Shown one piece after another: positions 21,096 through 30,379 of a stretch of DNA of 64,000 nucleotides. Within the stretch, counting starts at the first letter, position 1. Every line of letters begins with the position of its first letter. Source of the DNA: a virus. The notes beneath the pieces are model-generated. The model did not search any database, had not been told where the DNA came from, and worked only from the letters and a program-made list of their open reading frames with translations. The stretch is taken from positions 44,335 to 108,334 of IMG/VR virus record IMGVR_UViG_3300037963_003719, one strand, 5' to 3'. The position numbers and the translations under genes were made by a program.

Positions 21096-21122
21096 AAGGA
21101 CTCCTTCGGGGGTCCTTTTTTT
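21096..21122 (+). terminator. rho-independent terminator
   Basis: GGACTCC-TTCG-GGGGTCC hairpin followed by T-run. Confidence 0.85.
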
Positions 21123-21181
21123 ATGCCTTGTAATAATAAGAAAATTTAAGTTATTATACAACTTTGTAAAAAAGCAATAAA

Positions 21182-21197
21182 TGTACACTACGATACA
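21182..21197. promoter_or_regulatory. putative NtcA binding site
   Basis: TGTA-CACTACGA-TACA matches the cyanobacterial tGTA-N8-TACa consensus. Confidence 0.55.
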
Positions 21198-21290
21198 TAA
21201 AGTTGCATAGATACTACAGAATTATGAGAGGTGTAAAAATGAACCCTAATCTCTTTTTATATCATGACCAAGTTCTAGTGGAGAAGAGAG

Positions 21291-21464
21291 ATGCACAATC
21301 TATTATCAAGGTCCCAGTTCGATGAATGGAGACATCTAGAACAAACTATAGACGAACTAGAATCCGAACACCAAAAGATCAATGATTACTACGAGTGTAT
21401 AATCGAATGCGATATTCATAATCAAAACGAATGTAAAAAGATCTGTAGAAGATTACTAGATTAA
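21291..21464 (+). CDS. small Cys-rich protein (not in ORF track)
   Basis: MHNLLSRSQFDEWRHLEQTIDELESEHQKINDYYECIIECDIHNQNECKKICRRLLD; GGAG RBS; terminators on both sides. Confidence 0.7.
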   Translation: MHNLLSRSQFDEWRHLEQTIDELESEHQKINDYYECIIECDIHNQNECKKICRRLLD

Positions 21465-21470
21465 CAACGC

Positions 21471-21493
21471 AGACCCTTCGGGGTCTTTTTTTT
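21471..21493 (+). terminator. rho-independent terminator
   Basis: AGACCC-TTCG-GGGTCT followed by T-run. Confidence 0.85.
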
Positions 21494-21525
21494 GCCTATA
21501 AATAAAAGTGTGAAGGACTCTACTC

Positions 21526-22068
21526 ATGACACTCTGTAACGAAAACTTTCTATCACCAGCAGGTTTTAGATTAGACATCCCAGGTTTTGAAAGCGTTGGT
21601 TTTCAATGCTCCAATGTGAACGTACCTGGAATTAGTATGAATGGTCCTGTAGCAGCAACTCCCTATAATGATTTTCAGTTAGGTGGTGACAAGTTAAACT
21701 ATCAAGAACTTCAACTTACTTTCTTGATCGATGAAAATTGCACTAACTATTCTTTAATTCATAATTGGATGGTTGGTATTACGTACCCACAAAAAGCAGA
21801 TCAGTGGGGTGACTTTGTAGAAGAGATGAGAGATAAGGACTTTCAAAACGAAAGGTTTATCGAACAACTTGATTTGTATGTAAACATCCTAAACAGCAAT
21901 TTTAACACAGCATTTAAATTACATTTTTATGATGCGTTTCCTGTAAGTTTGAATACATTAGAATTTAGTACAGACCAAGCAGATATTCAATATATGAAAG
22001 CACAGGTGACATTTAAGTACACCTACTTTAAACTTACTGATAACAATGACAAAGATTTGACTTTATGA
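21526..22068 (+). CDS. g3: tail completion protein gp3
   Basis: NFLSPAGF..NVPGI..FLIDEN..NY..IHNW..FYDAFPVSL. Confidence 0.88.
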   Translation: MTLCNENFLSPAGFRLDIPGFESVGFQCSNVNVPGISMNGPVAATPYNDFQLGGDKLNYQELQLTFLIDENCTNYSLIHNWMVGITYPQKADQWGDFVEEMRDKDFQNERFIEQLDLYVNILNSNFNTAFKLHFYDAFPVSLNTLEFSTDQADIQYMKAQVTFKYTYFKLTDNNDKDLTL

Positions 22069-22478
22069 GTTTACATCAACAATTGATCGATGAGTGGCAC
22101 AAGGATTGTGTCATGGATGATGACTTGTTTGAAGAGGCAAGAAGGATTCCAGTTTTACATGCTAAATGGTTAGACAAGTACTTAAGAGTACAATTATTAC
22201 GTAAAGAAAAAGAATACGATTTCAACTGTCTGTATAGACAGAAGTATAGTTTCTACATGGGCAGAGAAGAAACTGCTCCTGATGAGAAAATTATTAAGAC
22301 AGAAGTGCCCATCTATATCAAGGGAGATCCTGATATAATTAAGGCACAGGCAACGATGGACCTCTATGAAAAATTAGAGGATGCTCTAAAACAGGTTCTA
22401 AATAATATTAACAATCGTTCATTCCAAATTAAGAATGCAATTGATTGGTTAAGATATTCGCGAGGAATAGATGAGTGA
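22065..22478 (+). CDS. uvsY: recombination mediator UvsY
   Basis: IPVLHAKWL..RSFQIKNAIDW; synteny. Confidence 0.88.
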   Translation: MSLHQQLIDEWHKDCVMDDDLFEEARRIPVLHAKWLDKYLRVQLLRKEKEYDFNCLYRQKYSFYMGREETAPDEKIIKTEVPIYIKGDPDIIKAQATMDLYEKLEDALKQVLNNINNRSFQIKNAIDWLRYSRGIDE

Positions 22479-23937
22479 CGTTATTATCCGAAAGAAGAAT
22501 GAAGTTTATCTGCAATTAAAAACACCACCACATATTTCATACGAATTATCTGACCACTTCACATTTGAAGTTGAGGGTGCAAAGTTCATGCCTGCATACA
22601 GGCAGAAATATTGGGACGGTAAAATTAGGTTATTCTCTCCAGGCACTGGTGAAATCTATGCTGGATTGAGAGAATATGTTGAGCAGTTTTGTCAAGAGCG
22701 AGGATATGCTTATGACTATGCAGACAATGAATACTTCGGTATGCCTGATGCTGAGGATGAATTAGTATCCTATGATGGTGTCAAATCATTTACAAAGAAA
22801 TTTTCTGCACTCAAAGCAAGAGATTACCAATACAAAGGAATCTATGAAGCATTGAGAAAGAGACGGAAACTGATCGTGTCACCTACGGGATCAGGAAAAT
22901 CTTTTATGATTTATTCTATTGTTCGTTTCTTACAGGAAACAGGACAAAAGATTATTATTGTAGTTCCAACCACATCTCTTGTAGAGCAGATGTATAAAGA
23001 TTTTTGGTCTTATGGGTGGGACGTAGAAGAACATTGTCATAAAGTATATGCTGGTCATGAGAAAGTATCTCCTAAACCAGTAACTATTACTACATGGCAA
23101 TCTGTATATAAGCAACATCGTAAATACTTTGAGTGCTTTAGTGCTGTCATTGGTGACGAGGCACATTTGTTTAAAGCAAAATCTTTGACAGATATTTTAA
23201 CCAAACTACATCATGCAAAATATCGTGTTGGATTTACAGGAACACTAGACGGGAGCAAGACAAACAAACTTGTTCTTGAAGGTTTGTTCGGTCCTCACGA
23301 AAAGATTACAAACACAAATGAACTAATTAAACAAGGACATTTGTCTAGATTAAAAATTAAGATTATTTCTTTAAGACATCATCATGTCAAATTTGACAGT
23401 TACCATGAAGAGATTGATTACTTGGTCTCTCACCCTAGAAGAAATAACTTTATTAAAAATCTTGCATTAGATCTTGGTGGTAACTCTCTGGTATTGTTCA
23501 ATTATGTTGAACGTCATGGTGAACCACTTTTTGATCTGATAAATAATAGCGTAAAGGATGGTAGAAAAGTATTCTTTGTACATGGTGGTGTTGATGTAAA
23601 GGACCGAGAAGAGATCCGAGCAATCACTGAGCAGGAGTCCAATGCAATCATCATCGCGAGTTACGGTACTTTTTCCACAGGTATTAATATCAAAAATCTT
23701 CACAACATTATTTTTGCTAGTCCATCTAAATCAAGAGTAAGAAACCTACAATCTATTGGTAGGGTCTTGAGAAAAGGAGAAAACAAAAATACCGCCGTGT
23801 TGTATGATATTGCAGACGATACCTCTAAAGATTCTAATAATCCAAATTATACGTTAAGACATTTGTTTGAGCGAGTTAAAATTTATAATCAAGAAAATTT
23901 TGACTATGAGATAATCAACGTAAAATTAAAACAGTAA
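22471..23937 (+). CDS. uvsW: DNA helicase UvsW
   Basis: SPTGSGKS, DEAH, FTGT, QSIGRVLR. Confidence 0.95.
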   Translation: MSDVIIRKKNEVYLQLKTPPHISYELSDHFTFEVEGAKFMPAYRQKYWDGKIRLFSPGTGEIYAGLREYVEQFCQERGYAYDYADNEYFGMPDAEDELVSYDGVKSFTKKFSALKARDYQYKGIYEALRKRRKLIVSPTGSGKSFMIYSIVRFLQETGQKIIIVVPTTSLVEQMYKDFWSYGWDVEEHCHKVYAGHEKVSPKPVTITTWQSVYKQHRKYFECFSAVIGDEAHLFKAKSLTDILTKLHHAKYRVGFTGTLDGSKTNKLVLEGLFGPHEKITNTNELIKQGHLSRLKIKIISLRHHHVKFDSYHEEIDYLVSHPRRNNFIKNLALDLGGNSLVLFNYVERHGEPLFDLINNSVKDGRKVFFVHGGVDVKDREEIRAITEQESNAIIIASYGTFSTGINIKNLHNIIFASPSKSRVRNLQSIGRVLRKGENKNTAVLYDIADDTSKDSNNPNYTLRHLFERVKIYNQENFDYEIINVKLKQ

Positions 23938-23939
23938 GT

Positions 23940-24386
23940 ATGGAAGCATTTTTCGCAAACATCAAATTAAAAACAGGTGAAGAAATACTTTGTATTGTAA
24001 AAGAGGCAGATCCTGAAAAGGACTACCTTCTAGTTTCACATCCAATTGAAGTTGAGGAGATCGAGATCCCTGGTGCGTTTCATGGTCTAAAGATTAAGAA
24101 CTGGATGAAACTCTCACACCAAACTGAATTCTATATTGAGGGTGAGGAACTAGTTACAGTTAAAGAAATTAAAGGATTCCCAGTCGAGTTTTATAAAGAG
24201 AGTTTAATTAAACTTGCTAATCAAGAAGAAGAGAAACTACGCTCTAAAACAAAAAGTAAATTAAAGAGAAGAAAAAAAGGGCGCGTTCCTTTGTCTGAAG
24301 ATATGGGTCTCATATCCTCTATTGATGATGCAAGAGAACTACTAGAGAGTATTTTTCTATTGGATAGTGATCCAAAGGAATCTTAA
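23940..24386 (+). CDS. conserved hypothetical protein (Sm-like fold)
   Basis: IKLKTGEEI N-terminal motif shared with the genes at 40493 and 41599. Confidence 0.6.
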   Translation: MEAFFANIKLKTGEEILCIVKEADPEKDYLLVSHPIEVEEIEIPGAFHGLKIKNWMKLSHQTEFYIEGEELVTVKEIKGFPVEFYKESLIKLANQEEEKLRSKTKSKLKRRKKGRVPLSEDMGLISSIDDARELLESIFLLDSDPKES

Positions 24387-24436
24387 GTATCTAATACCTT
24401 TAAGCTCTAGAGGGTCTTCTGAACTCTGACCGAGTT

Positions 24437-24487
24437 ATTATACACAGATACGGGGTACTTGTCAAGCTCTTGAATCTGTGCTATGAT
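24437..24487. promoter_or_regulatory. back-to-back sigma70 promoters
   Basis: Plus strand TTGTCA(24459)-17-TATGAT; minus strand TTGACA(24465)-17-TATAAT(24442-24437). Confidence 0.7.
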
Positions 24488-24511
24488 ATTGTGAGAAGAC
24501 CAACATACTAC

Positions 24512-24976
24512 ATGGCAAAATCTAAAGAGCACTACGTAAACAACAAGGACTTCTTACACGCTATTATTCAGTATAAGAATAGAGTGGAGAAGGCAAAAGA
24601 AACTGGCGCTGTCAAACCACCAGTGGGTGAATACATTGGAGGGTGCTTTCTAAAGATCGCACAGCACTTATCCTACAAACCAAACTTTGTCAACTACATG
24701 TTTAAGGATGACATGATTGGCGATGGTATTGAGAACTGTATTACCTACATCGACAACTTTGATCCAGCAAAGTCCAGTAATCCGTTTGCGTATTTTACAC
24801 AAATCATTTACTATGCATTCCTACGTAGGATTCAGAAAGAGAAGAAGCAGGTAGATATTAAAAACAAAATGATTGAGAAGTCAGGATACAGTGAAGTATT
24901 TACTGGCGATGAGTATGGATGTGAAGCATCATACGAACAGATTAAAAATTCTCTGGAACAGAAGATGAGGTATTGA
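24512..24976 (+). CDS. g55: late sigma factor gp55
   Basis: HYVNNKDF, PNFVNYMFKDDMIGDGIENC, NPFAYFTQI. Confidence 0.95.
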   Translation: MAKSKEHYVNNKDFLHAIIQYKNRVEKAKETGAVKPPVGEYIGGCFLKIAQHLSYKPNFVNYMFKDDMIGDGIENCITYIDNFDPAKSSNPFAYFTQIIYYAFLRRIQKEKKQVDIKNKMIEKSGYSEVFTGDEYGCEASYEQIKNSLEQKMRY

Positions 24977-26016
24977 TGAAAGTCGCTATTATTACAGACC
25001 AGCACTTTGGTATGAGAAAAGGTAGTCAGATCTTTCATGACTACATGAAGAAGTTCTATGATGAAGTGTTCTTTCCATTCTTGGATAAGAACAAAATTAC
25101 TACGGTGCTAGATCTGGGTGATACCTTTGACAATAGAAAGTCAATTGATTTTTGGTCACTAGATTGGGCAAAGAAAAATTACTACGACAACCTGGCACAG
25201 AGAGGAATTAAAGTTTATACCGTAGTTGGTAATCACACTGCCTACTATAAAAATACACTTGGTATCAATGCAATTAATTTGCTGCTACAAGAGTATGATA
25301 ATGTTCAGTTGATTGAAAGACCCGAAACAATTAATGTAGGTGGTCTTGATATCTGTTTCGTTCCCTGGATTTGCGTCGATAATGAAACTGAAACTTATCA
25401 AGAGATTGCTAATACGTCAGCAAACATTTGCATGGGACACCTTGAACTGTCTGGGTTTGAGGCACACCAAGGATACTACATGGATCATGGTATGAGTCGT
25501 GATGTTTTCTCTAAATTTAAGAAAGTGTTCTCTGGACACTTCCATCACAGGTCACACTCTGATAACATTTACTATCTGGGTAATCCTTATCAGATGTATT
25601 GGAATGATTTTGGTGATGTTAGAGGTTTCCATCTGTTCGATACCCAAACTACAAAACTAAAATTTATTGCAAATCCTTTCAAGATGTTTGAAAAGATTTA
25701 CTATAATGACTCTGCAGAAAACCCAGACGAGATTGACACTAATCAGTATAAAGAAAAGTTCGTAAAATTGATTGTTGAAAAAAGAACTAACTACTATGCA
25801 TATGACAATTTAATTGAACGTCTTTATCAAGTTGGTGTACATGATCTAAAAATTATCGATAACACTAACGAGGAAATAAATCCTTCTGGTGATATTGAAA
25901 TTGAAGGTACTCTTTCTTTCCTAGAAAGATATGTTGAGGAGATTGACTATGAAGACAAAGACACATTAAAATCTATTATTGGATCCATTTATACAGAGTC
26001 GCTTCAAATTGAGTAA
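24973..26016 (+). CDS. g47: recombination endonuclease gp47 (SbcD-like)
   Basis: TDQHFG, LGDTFD, GNH, SGHFH metallophosphoesterase motifs. Confidence 0.95.
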   Translation: MMKVAIITDQHFGMRKGSQIFHDYMKKFYDEVFFPFLDKNKITTVLDLGDTFDNRKSIDFWSLDWAKKNYYDNLAQRGIKVYTVVGNHTAYYKNTLGINAINLLLQEYDNVQLIERPETINVGGLDICFVPWICVDNETETYQEIANTSANICMGHLELSGFEAHQGYYMDHGMSRDVFSKFKKVFSGHFHHRSHSDNIYYLGNPYQMYWNDFGDVRGFHLFDTQTTKLKFIANPFKMFEKIYYNDSAENPDEIDTNQYKEKFVKLIVEKRTNYYAYDNLIERLYQVGVHDLKIIDNTNEEINPSGDIEIEGTLSFLERYVEEIDYEDKDTLKSIIGSIYTESLQIE

Positions 26017-26279
26017 TGTACATTCTAGCAATAAAAGGAAAAGAAACAGAAGGTGCCTATGCCCCCTCGGTGGATAGTGGTCAAATACTTTACCTGTTTC
26101 TAGATGCAGAGGATGCTGAACGGCATTCTGAATTGCTTGCTGCTGATGACTATCCTGAGATGTCAGTAGTTGAAGTTGATGACGACGTTGCTATCCATAT
26201 CTGTGAAGAGAATGGATACTCTTATTGTATTGTAACCCCTGAAGACATTATTATTCCGCCTAAAGAATCTGATGATTGA
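26016..26279 (+). CDS. conserved cyanophage hypothetical protein
   Basis: LYLFLDAEDAERH..ITPEDIIIPP-type motif, between g47 and g46. Confidence 0.65.
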   Translation: MYILAIKGKETEGAYAPSVDSGQILYLFLDAEDAERHSELLAADDYPEMSVVEVDDDVAIHICEENGYSYCIVTPEDIIIPPKESDD

Positions 26280-28005
26280 GTTTAAAAGTATTAAATGGAA
26301 AAATTTCCTGAGCACAGGAAACAACTTTACTGAGGTAAATCTTAATAATCATAACAAAACATTAATCGTTGGAGAAAACGGAGCGGGCAAGAGTACTATT
26401 CTTGACGCTCTTTGTTTTGGTTTGTTTAATAAACCTTTCCGAAAGATTAATAAACCACAATTAGTTAACTCTATCAACCTTGCTGACTGTAGGGTGGAGA
26501 TCAATTTTACTATTGGCAGCATTGATTGGAAAATTAATCGCGGCATGAAACCAACAGTATTTGAGATCTTCAAGAATGGTGTGAAATTAGACCAGAGTGC
26601 TTCTGCTGCAGATCAACAGAAATGGTTTGAGCAAAATGTTTTAAAACTAAACTTTAAATCATTTACACAAATTGTTGTTCTAGGATCATCTACCTTTGTT
26701 CCTTTCATGCAACTACCTGCTGCAGGGCGTAGAGAAGTCATTGAGGACATTCTTGATATTAGAATCTTTTCTACAATGAACACAGTTCTAAAAGATAGAG
26801 TCAAAGAAAATAAAGAAGCAGTGTCTGAGATTGACTATGCTATCTCTATTCTAAAGGAAAAGGTTGATGTTCAGAAACGTTTTATTGAAGATCTTAAGAA
26901 ACAAGGACAAGACAATGTAGTTCTTTGGGAAGAAGAGATTACTAAAATGGAACGGGAGATGGAATCTAATCGTCTTGAATGTGAACGCTACATGCGGGAT
27001 CTTGATACGATGACAAAACAAATGAATGACTATCCTAATCCTCAAGAAGAACTTGATAAGTTGAATGAATTTCACATCAAGTTTAGATCTAAGATCAAGG
27101 ACATGGAAAGTTCAATTAAGTTTTTGACTTCTAATGATGTTTGTCCTACATGTAATCAGGACATTACTGATGACTTTAAGAATCAGAACATTACCAGTGG
27201 CAAAGAAAAGATTAACAAACTTCAATCTGCCCTAGAAGATATTGATGGTAAAGAGAAAGTTTTAAATGACTCTCTGCATCAACGTAATAAAATTCAAAAA
27301 GAAATTACTCAGATTCAAAATAAAATCAAAAATTGTTTTTCCACACTCAATTGGAAACAGAAAAAGGTAACGGAAACTCAAGAAAAAATTGAATCTCTCA
27401 AGAACAACACTGACAATGTTGATAGAGAACGTGAGAACATGAAAACCCTGATCTCTCAAGGTAAGGGTCAAGAACTTCAACGTCGTCAGATTGCTAAACG
27501 ATCTACAGAGTTGAAGATCATTGCTGATATTCTTAAAGATGGTGGTGTCAAGAGTACAATCATTAGGAAGTATCTTCCTGTGATGAACACTCTCATCAAT
27601 AAGAATCTTCAGGAACTTGAGTTCTACGTCAATTTCAATCTTGATGATACGTTCAACGAAACTATTAAATCACGATTTAGAGATGAGTTTTCTTATGCAT
27701 CATTCTCTGAGGGTGAGAAGATGAGAATTGACCTAGCACTTCTGTTTACCTGGAGAGAAGTTGCTAAACTTAAGAACTCTGTCAACACAAACATCCTTAT
27801 CTTAGATGAAATTTTTGATAGTTCTTTAGATGGAAATGGTACAGCGGACTTCATAAATATCCTCAGGACTGTTACTGATGGTAACAATGTGTTCGTTATC
27901 TCACACAAAGAGGACATGCTTCACGATAAGTTTGATAATGTGATACAGTTCAAGAAGGTCAAGAACTTCTCCAAACCATTTCAGACCAATGGCACAACTC
28001 CCTAA
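26272..28005 (+). CDS. g46: recombination ATPase gp46 (SbcC-like)
   Basis: GENGAGKST, CPTC hook, FSEGE, LILDE. Confidence 0.95.
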   Translation: MIEFKSIKWKNFLSTGNNFTEVNLNNHNKTLIVGENGAGKSTILDALCFGLFNKPFRKINKPQLVNSINLADCRVEINFTIGSIDWKINRGMKPTVFEIFKNGVKLDQSASAADQQKWFEQNVLKLNFKSFTQIVVLGSSTFVPFMQLPAAGRREVIEDILDIRIFSTMNTVLKDRVKENKEAVSEIDYAISILKEKVDVQKRFIEDLKKQGQDNVVLWEEEITKMEREMESNRLECERYMRDLDTMTKQMNDYPNPQEELDKLNEFHIKFRSKIKDMESSIKFLTSNDVCPTCNQDITDDFKNQNITSGKEKINKLQSALEDIDGKEKVLNDSLHQRNKIQKEITQIQNKIKNCFSTLNWKQKKVTETQEKIESLKNNTDNVDRERENMKTLISQGKGQELQRRQIAKRSTELKIIADILKDGGVKSTIIRKYLPVMNTLINKNLQELEFYVNFNLDDTFNETIKSRFRDEFSYASFSEGEKMRIDLALLFTWREVAKLKNSVNTNILILDEIFDSSLDGNGTADFINILRTVTDGNNVFVISHKEDMLHDKFDNVIQFKKVKNFSKPFQTNGTTP

Positions 28006-28168
28006 CTGGCAACACCACTCTAAAAAGGACAAGCATGGTAAGGGAACTTGCAAAGGAAGAATCCGTGCAAGTAAACAATCCCTTAGACACTTGAAAAACT
28101 GTCACAAGACCTCCCATAAAGGGGGGTCTTTTTTTGTACAATGTATTCAGTTACATGAGGTCCCATGA
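27989..28168 (+). CDS. small basic hypothetical protein (not in ORF track)
   Basis: MAQLPNWQHHSKKDKHGKG...; ATGA overlap with the next gene. Confidence 0.45.
   Translation: MAQLPNWQHHSKKDKHGKGTCKGRIRASKQSLRHLKNCHKTSHKGGSFFVQCIQLHEVP
28097..28142 (+). promoter_or_regulatory. AAACTGTCAC-type cyanomyophage promoter with internal hairpin
   Basis: AAACTGTCAC, hairpin, then TACAAT; same layout recurs at 30308. Confidence 0.55.
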
Positions 28169-30306
28169 AGTTTGAAATCAAAGAAACTCTTGCCAAACTT
28201 CTGGCAACTGAGAATCTGATCGTTGAGCACCGCAAGGTTAGCACTGCATCTTTTGATGTAGATCGTCGTGTCTTGACACTCCCCATGTGGGAAAGAGCAC
28301 AACCTATTGTCTATGATCTGTTGGTTGGTCATGAAGTTGGTCATGCACTCTACACTCCTAATGTAGATTGGAAGAAAGATAAGTATGCAAAAGTTCCCAT
28401 GGGATTCGTCAACGTTGTTGAGGATGCTCGTATTGAAAAATTGATGAAGCGTCGTTATGCTGGTTTGAGCAAGACATTCTATAAAGGTTATCAGTCACTT
28501 CACAGAGATGACTTTTTCTCACTTGAGGATGAGGATATGGATGCAATGGCATTTATTGATCGTCTCAATCTTTACTATAAGATTGGTGCCTACCATATGA
28601 TTTCGTTCTCTGATGAAGAGCAGATCTTTGTTAATCGTGCTGGCAAGATTGAGACATGGGAGGAAGTTCTTGATCTGAGTTATGATATTTTTGAGTACCT
28701 TAAGAGTAAGCAAGAGGAAGTTCCTCAAGCAAAAACTAATCTTGATGAGTTTAAGAATGGGCAAGCAGATGAAGAACAAAGCGTTGAGGTGGAGGTAGAA
28801 CCATCTGATGATATTAACAAGGGTCCTGTAGACGATTCTGAGGGGGTCTCAGAGCATGATGAAGAGGAAGAGGAAAAGACCGAAACTTCTGGAACTTCTG
28901 GTGGTCAAACCAATGAGTTTGAATCTTCTACTGATACTGCTTTCCAAGAGAATCAAGAACAACTTATTGACAGGCATTCTTATGAAACTGCATATCTTAC
29001 GATCCCTGAAAAGATCGATCTAGATCGTATTATCCTGAAGTGTGATTCTCTTCAAGAATATATCTCTGAGTTTTATGATCAAGATCGATTCTGTGGTGAC
29101 TCATACAACGCTCGTATTCTTGAGTCAGTTCGTCAAGAGTATTCCAAGTACAAGAAACATGCATCCAAAGGTGTCAACTATCTTGTTAAAGAATTTGAAA
29201 TGAAGAAATCTGCAAATGCATATTCACGTGCTGCAGTTTCTAAAACTGGTGTTCTCGACTGCTCTAAACTTCATACCTATAAATTCAATGAGGATATATT
29301 CAAAAAAGTAACTGTATTGCCTGATGGTAAAAATCACGGTCTAGTATTCATTCTTGATTGGTCTGGATCTATGGGTAATGTTATTCATGATACTGTTAAG
29401 CAACTTCTGAACCTTGTGTGGTTCTGTAAGAAAGTCAACATTCCTTTTGAGGTTTATGCCTTCACTTATGAGTTCCCAGTACGTGACATTGACTTTGATG
29501 AAGATCAAAATTTGAAAGAACTCCAAGAGCAAAAGTGTAATGATCTGTATCTGCACAAATCTTTCCGACTCTTGAATCTCCTTTCTCATACTCGGTCATC
29601 GTCTGAGTTTGATCGTGATTGCTTGAACCTGTGGCGTCTGTCCAACTTCACTCGTTACTACGGCAGTGAGTTGATCCCTAGTGGATTGTCTCTTTCTGGC
29701 ACTCCTCTTAATGAAACCATTGTTACCCTACATCACATCCTTCCTCAGTTCATTAGAGAAACTGGTGTTCAAAAAGTCAACACAGTATTTCTAACTGATG
29801 GTGAGTCGAACGGTATTGGTCGTATTGTGAAAATGGATGAGAGGTATTATCCTGAGGGACGCTTTGGTAAGATCTCTGTCAACACTAATTGTCAACTTCG
29901 TGATCTGAAGAAAGGTCGTACCTATAAAGCGTTTAACGAACATCAATGGGAAACTAGTGGTACGAACATTCTGCTGACTAATCTGAAAGATAACTTCCCT
30001 TCTGTTAACTTTATTTCTTATCGAGTTGTAGAGTCCCGTGATGTCAGCAATGTTCACTGGTATTACAATGGGTATTATTCTGAAATCGACAAAAAGAAGT
30101 GGGCAAAGGAAAGGTCTGCTATCTTAAATACTACAGGTTATGATGCCATGTATGCCATTGCTTCAACAGCGTTGAATCAATCTGATGATTTCCAAGTTGC
30201 AGATGAAGCGACTGTTGCTCAAATTAGAGCAGCATTTAAGAAATCACTCAAGTCCAAGGCAGCGAACAAAAAGATTTTGTCTTCGTTCGCTACGATGGTC
30301 GCTTGA
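28165..30306 (+). CDS. HEXXH metallopeptidase-like + vWA domain protein (CobT-like partner)
   Basis: HEVGH, NVVEDARIE, MIDAS DWSGS..GTP..LTDGE. Confidence 0.85.
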   Translation: MKFEIKETLAKLLATENLIVEHRKVSTASFDVDRRVLTLPMWERAQPIVYDLLVGHEVGHALYTPNVDWKKDKYAKVPMGFVNVVEDARIEKLMKRRYAGLSKTFYKGYQSLHRDDFFSLEDEDMDAMAFIDRLNLYYKIGAYHMISFSDEEQIFVNRAGKIETWEEVLDLSYDIFEYLKSKQEEVPQAKTNLDEFKNGQADEEQSVEVEVEPSDDINKGPVDDSEGVSEHDEEEEEKTETSGTSGGQTNEFESSTDTAFQENQEQLIDRHSYETAYLTIPEKIDLDRIILKCDSLQEYISEFYDQDRFCGDSYNARILESVRQEYSKYKKHASKGVNYLVKEFEMKKSANAYSRAAVSKTGVLDCSKLHTYKFNEDIFKKVTVLPDGKNHGLVFILDWSGSMGNVIHDTVKQLLNLVWFCKKVNIPFEVYAFTYEFPVRDIDFDEDQNLKELQEQKCNDLYLHKSFRLLNLLSHTRSSSEFDRDCLNLWRLSNFTRYYGSELIPSGLSLSGTPLNETIVTLHHILPQFIRETGVQKVNTVFLTDGESNGIGRIVKMDERYYPEGRFGKISVNTNCQLRDLKKGRTYKAFNEHQWETSGTNILLTNLKDNFPSVNFISYRVVESRDVSNVHWYYNGYYSEIDKKKWAKERSAILNTTGYDAMYAIASTALNQSDDFQVADEATVAQIRAAFKKSLKSKAANKKILSSFATMVA

Positions 30307-30307
30307 T

Positions 30308-30354
30308 AAACTGTCACACTGATGGGTGATTACACATCACCCTACCGCTATACT
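30308..30354 (+). promoter_or_regulatory. AAACTGTCAC-type promoter with internal hairpin
   Basis: AAACTGTCAC, GGGTGAT/ATCACCC stem, TATACT. Confidence 0.55.
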
Positions 30355-30379
30355 AACTTTGTAATTGATTCACATCGCA

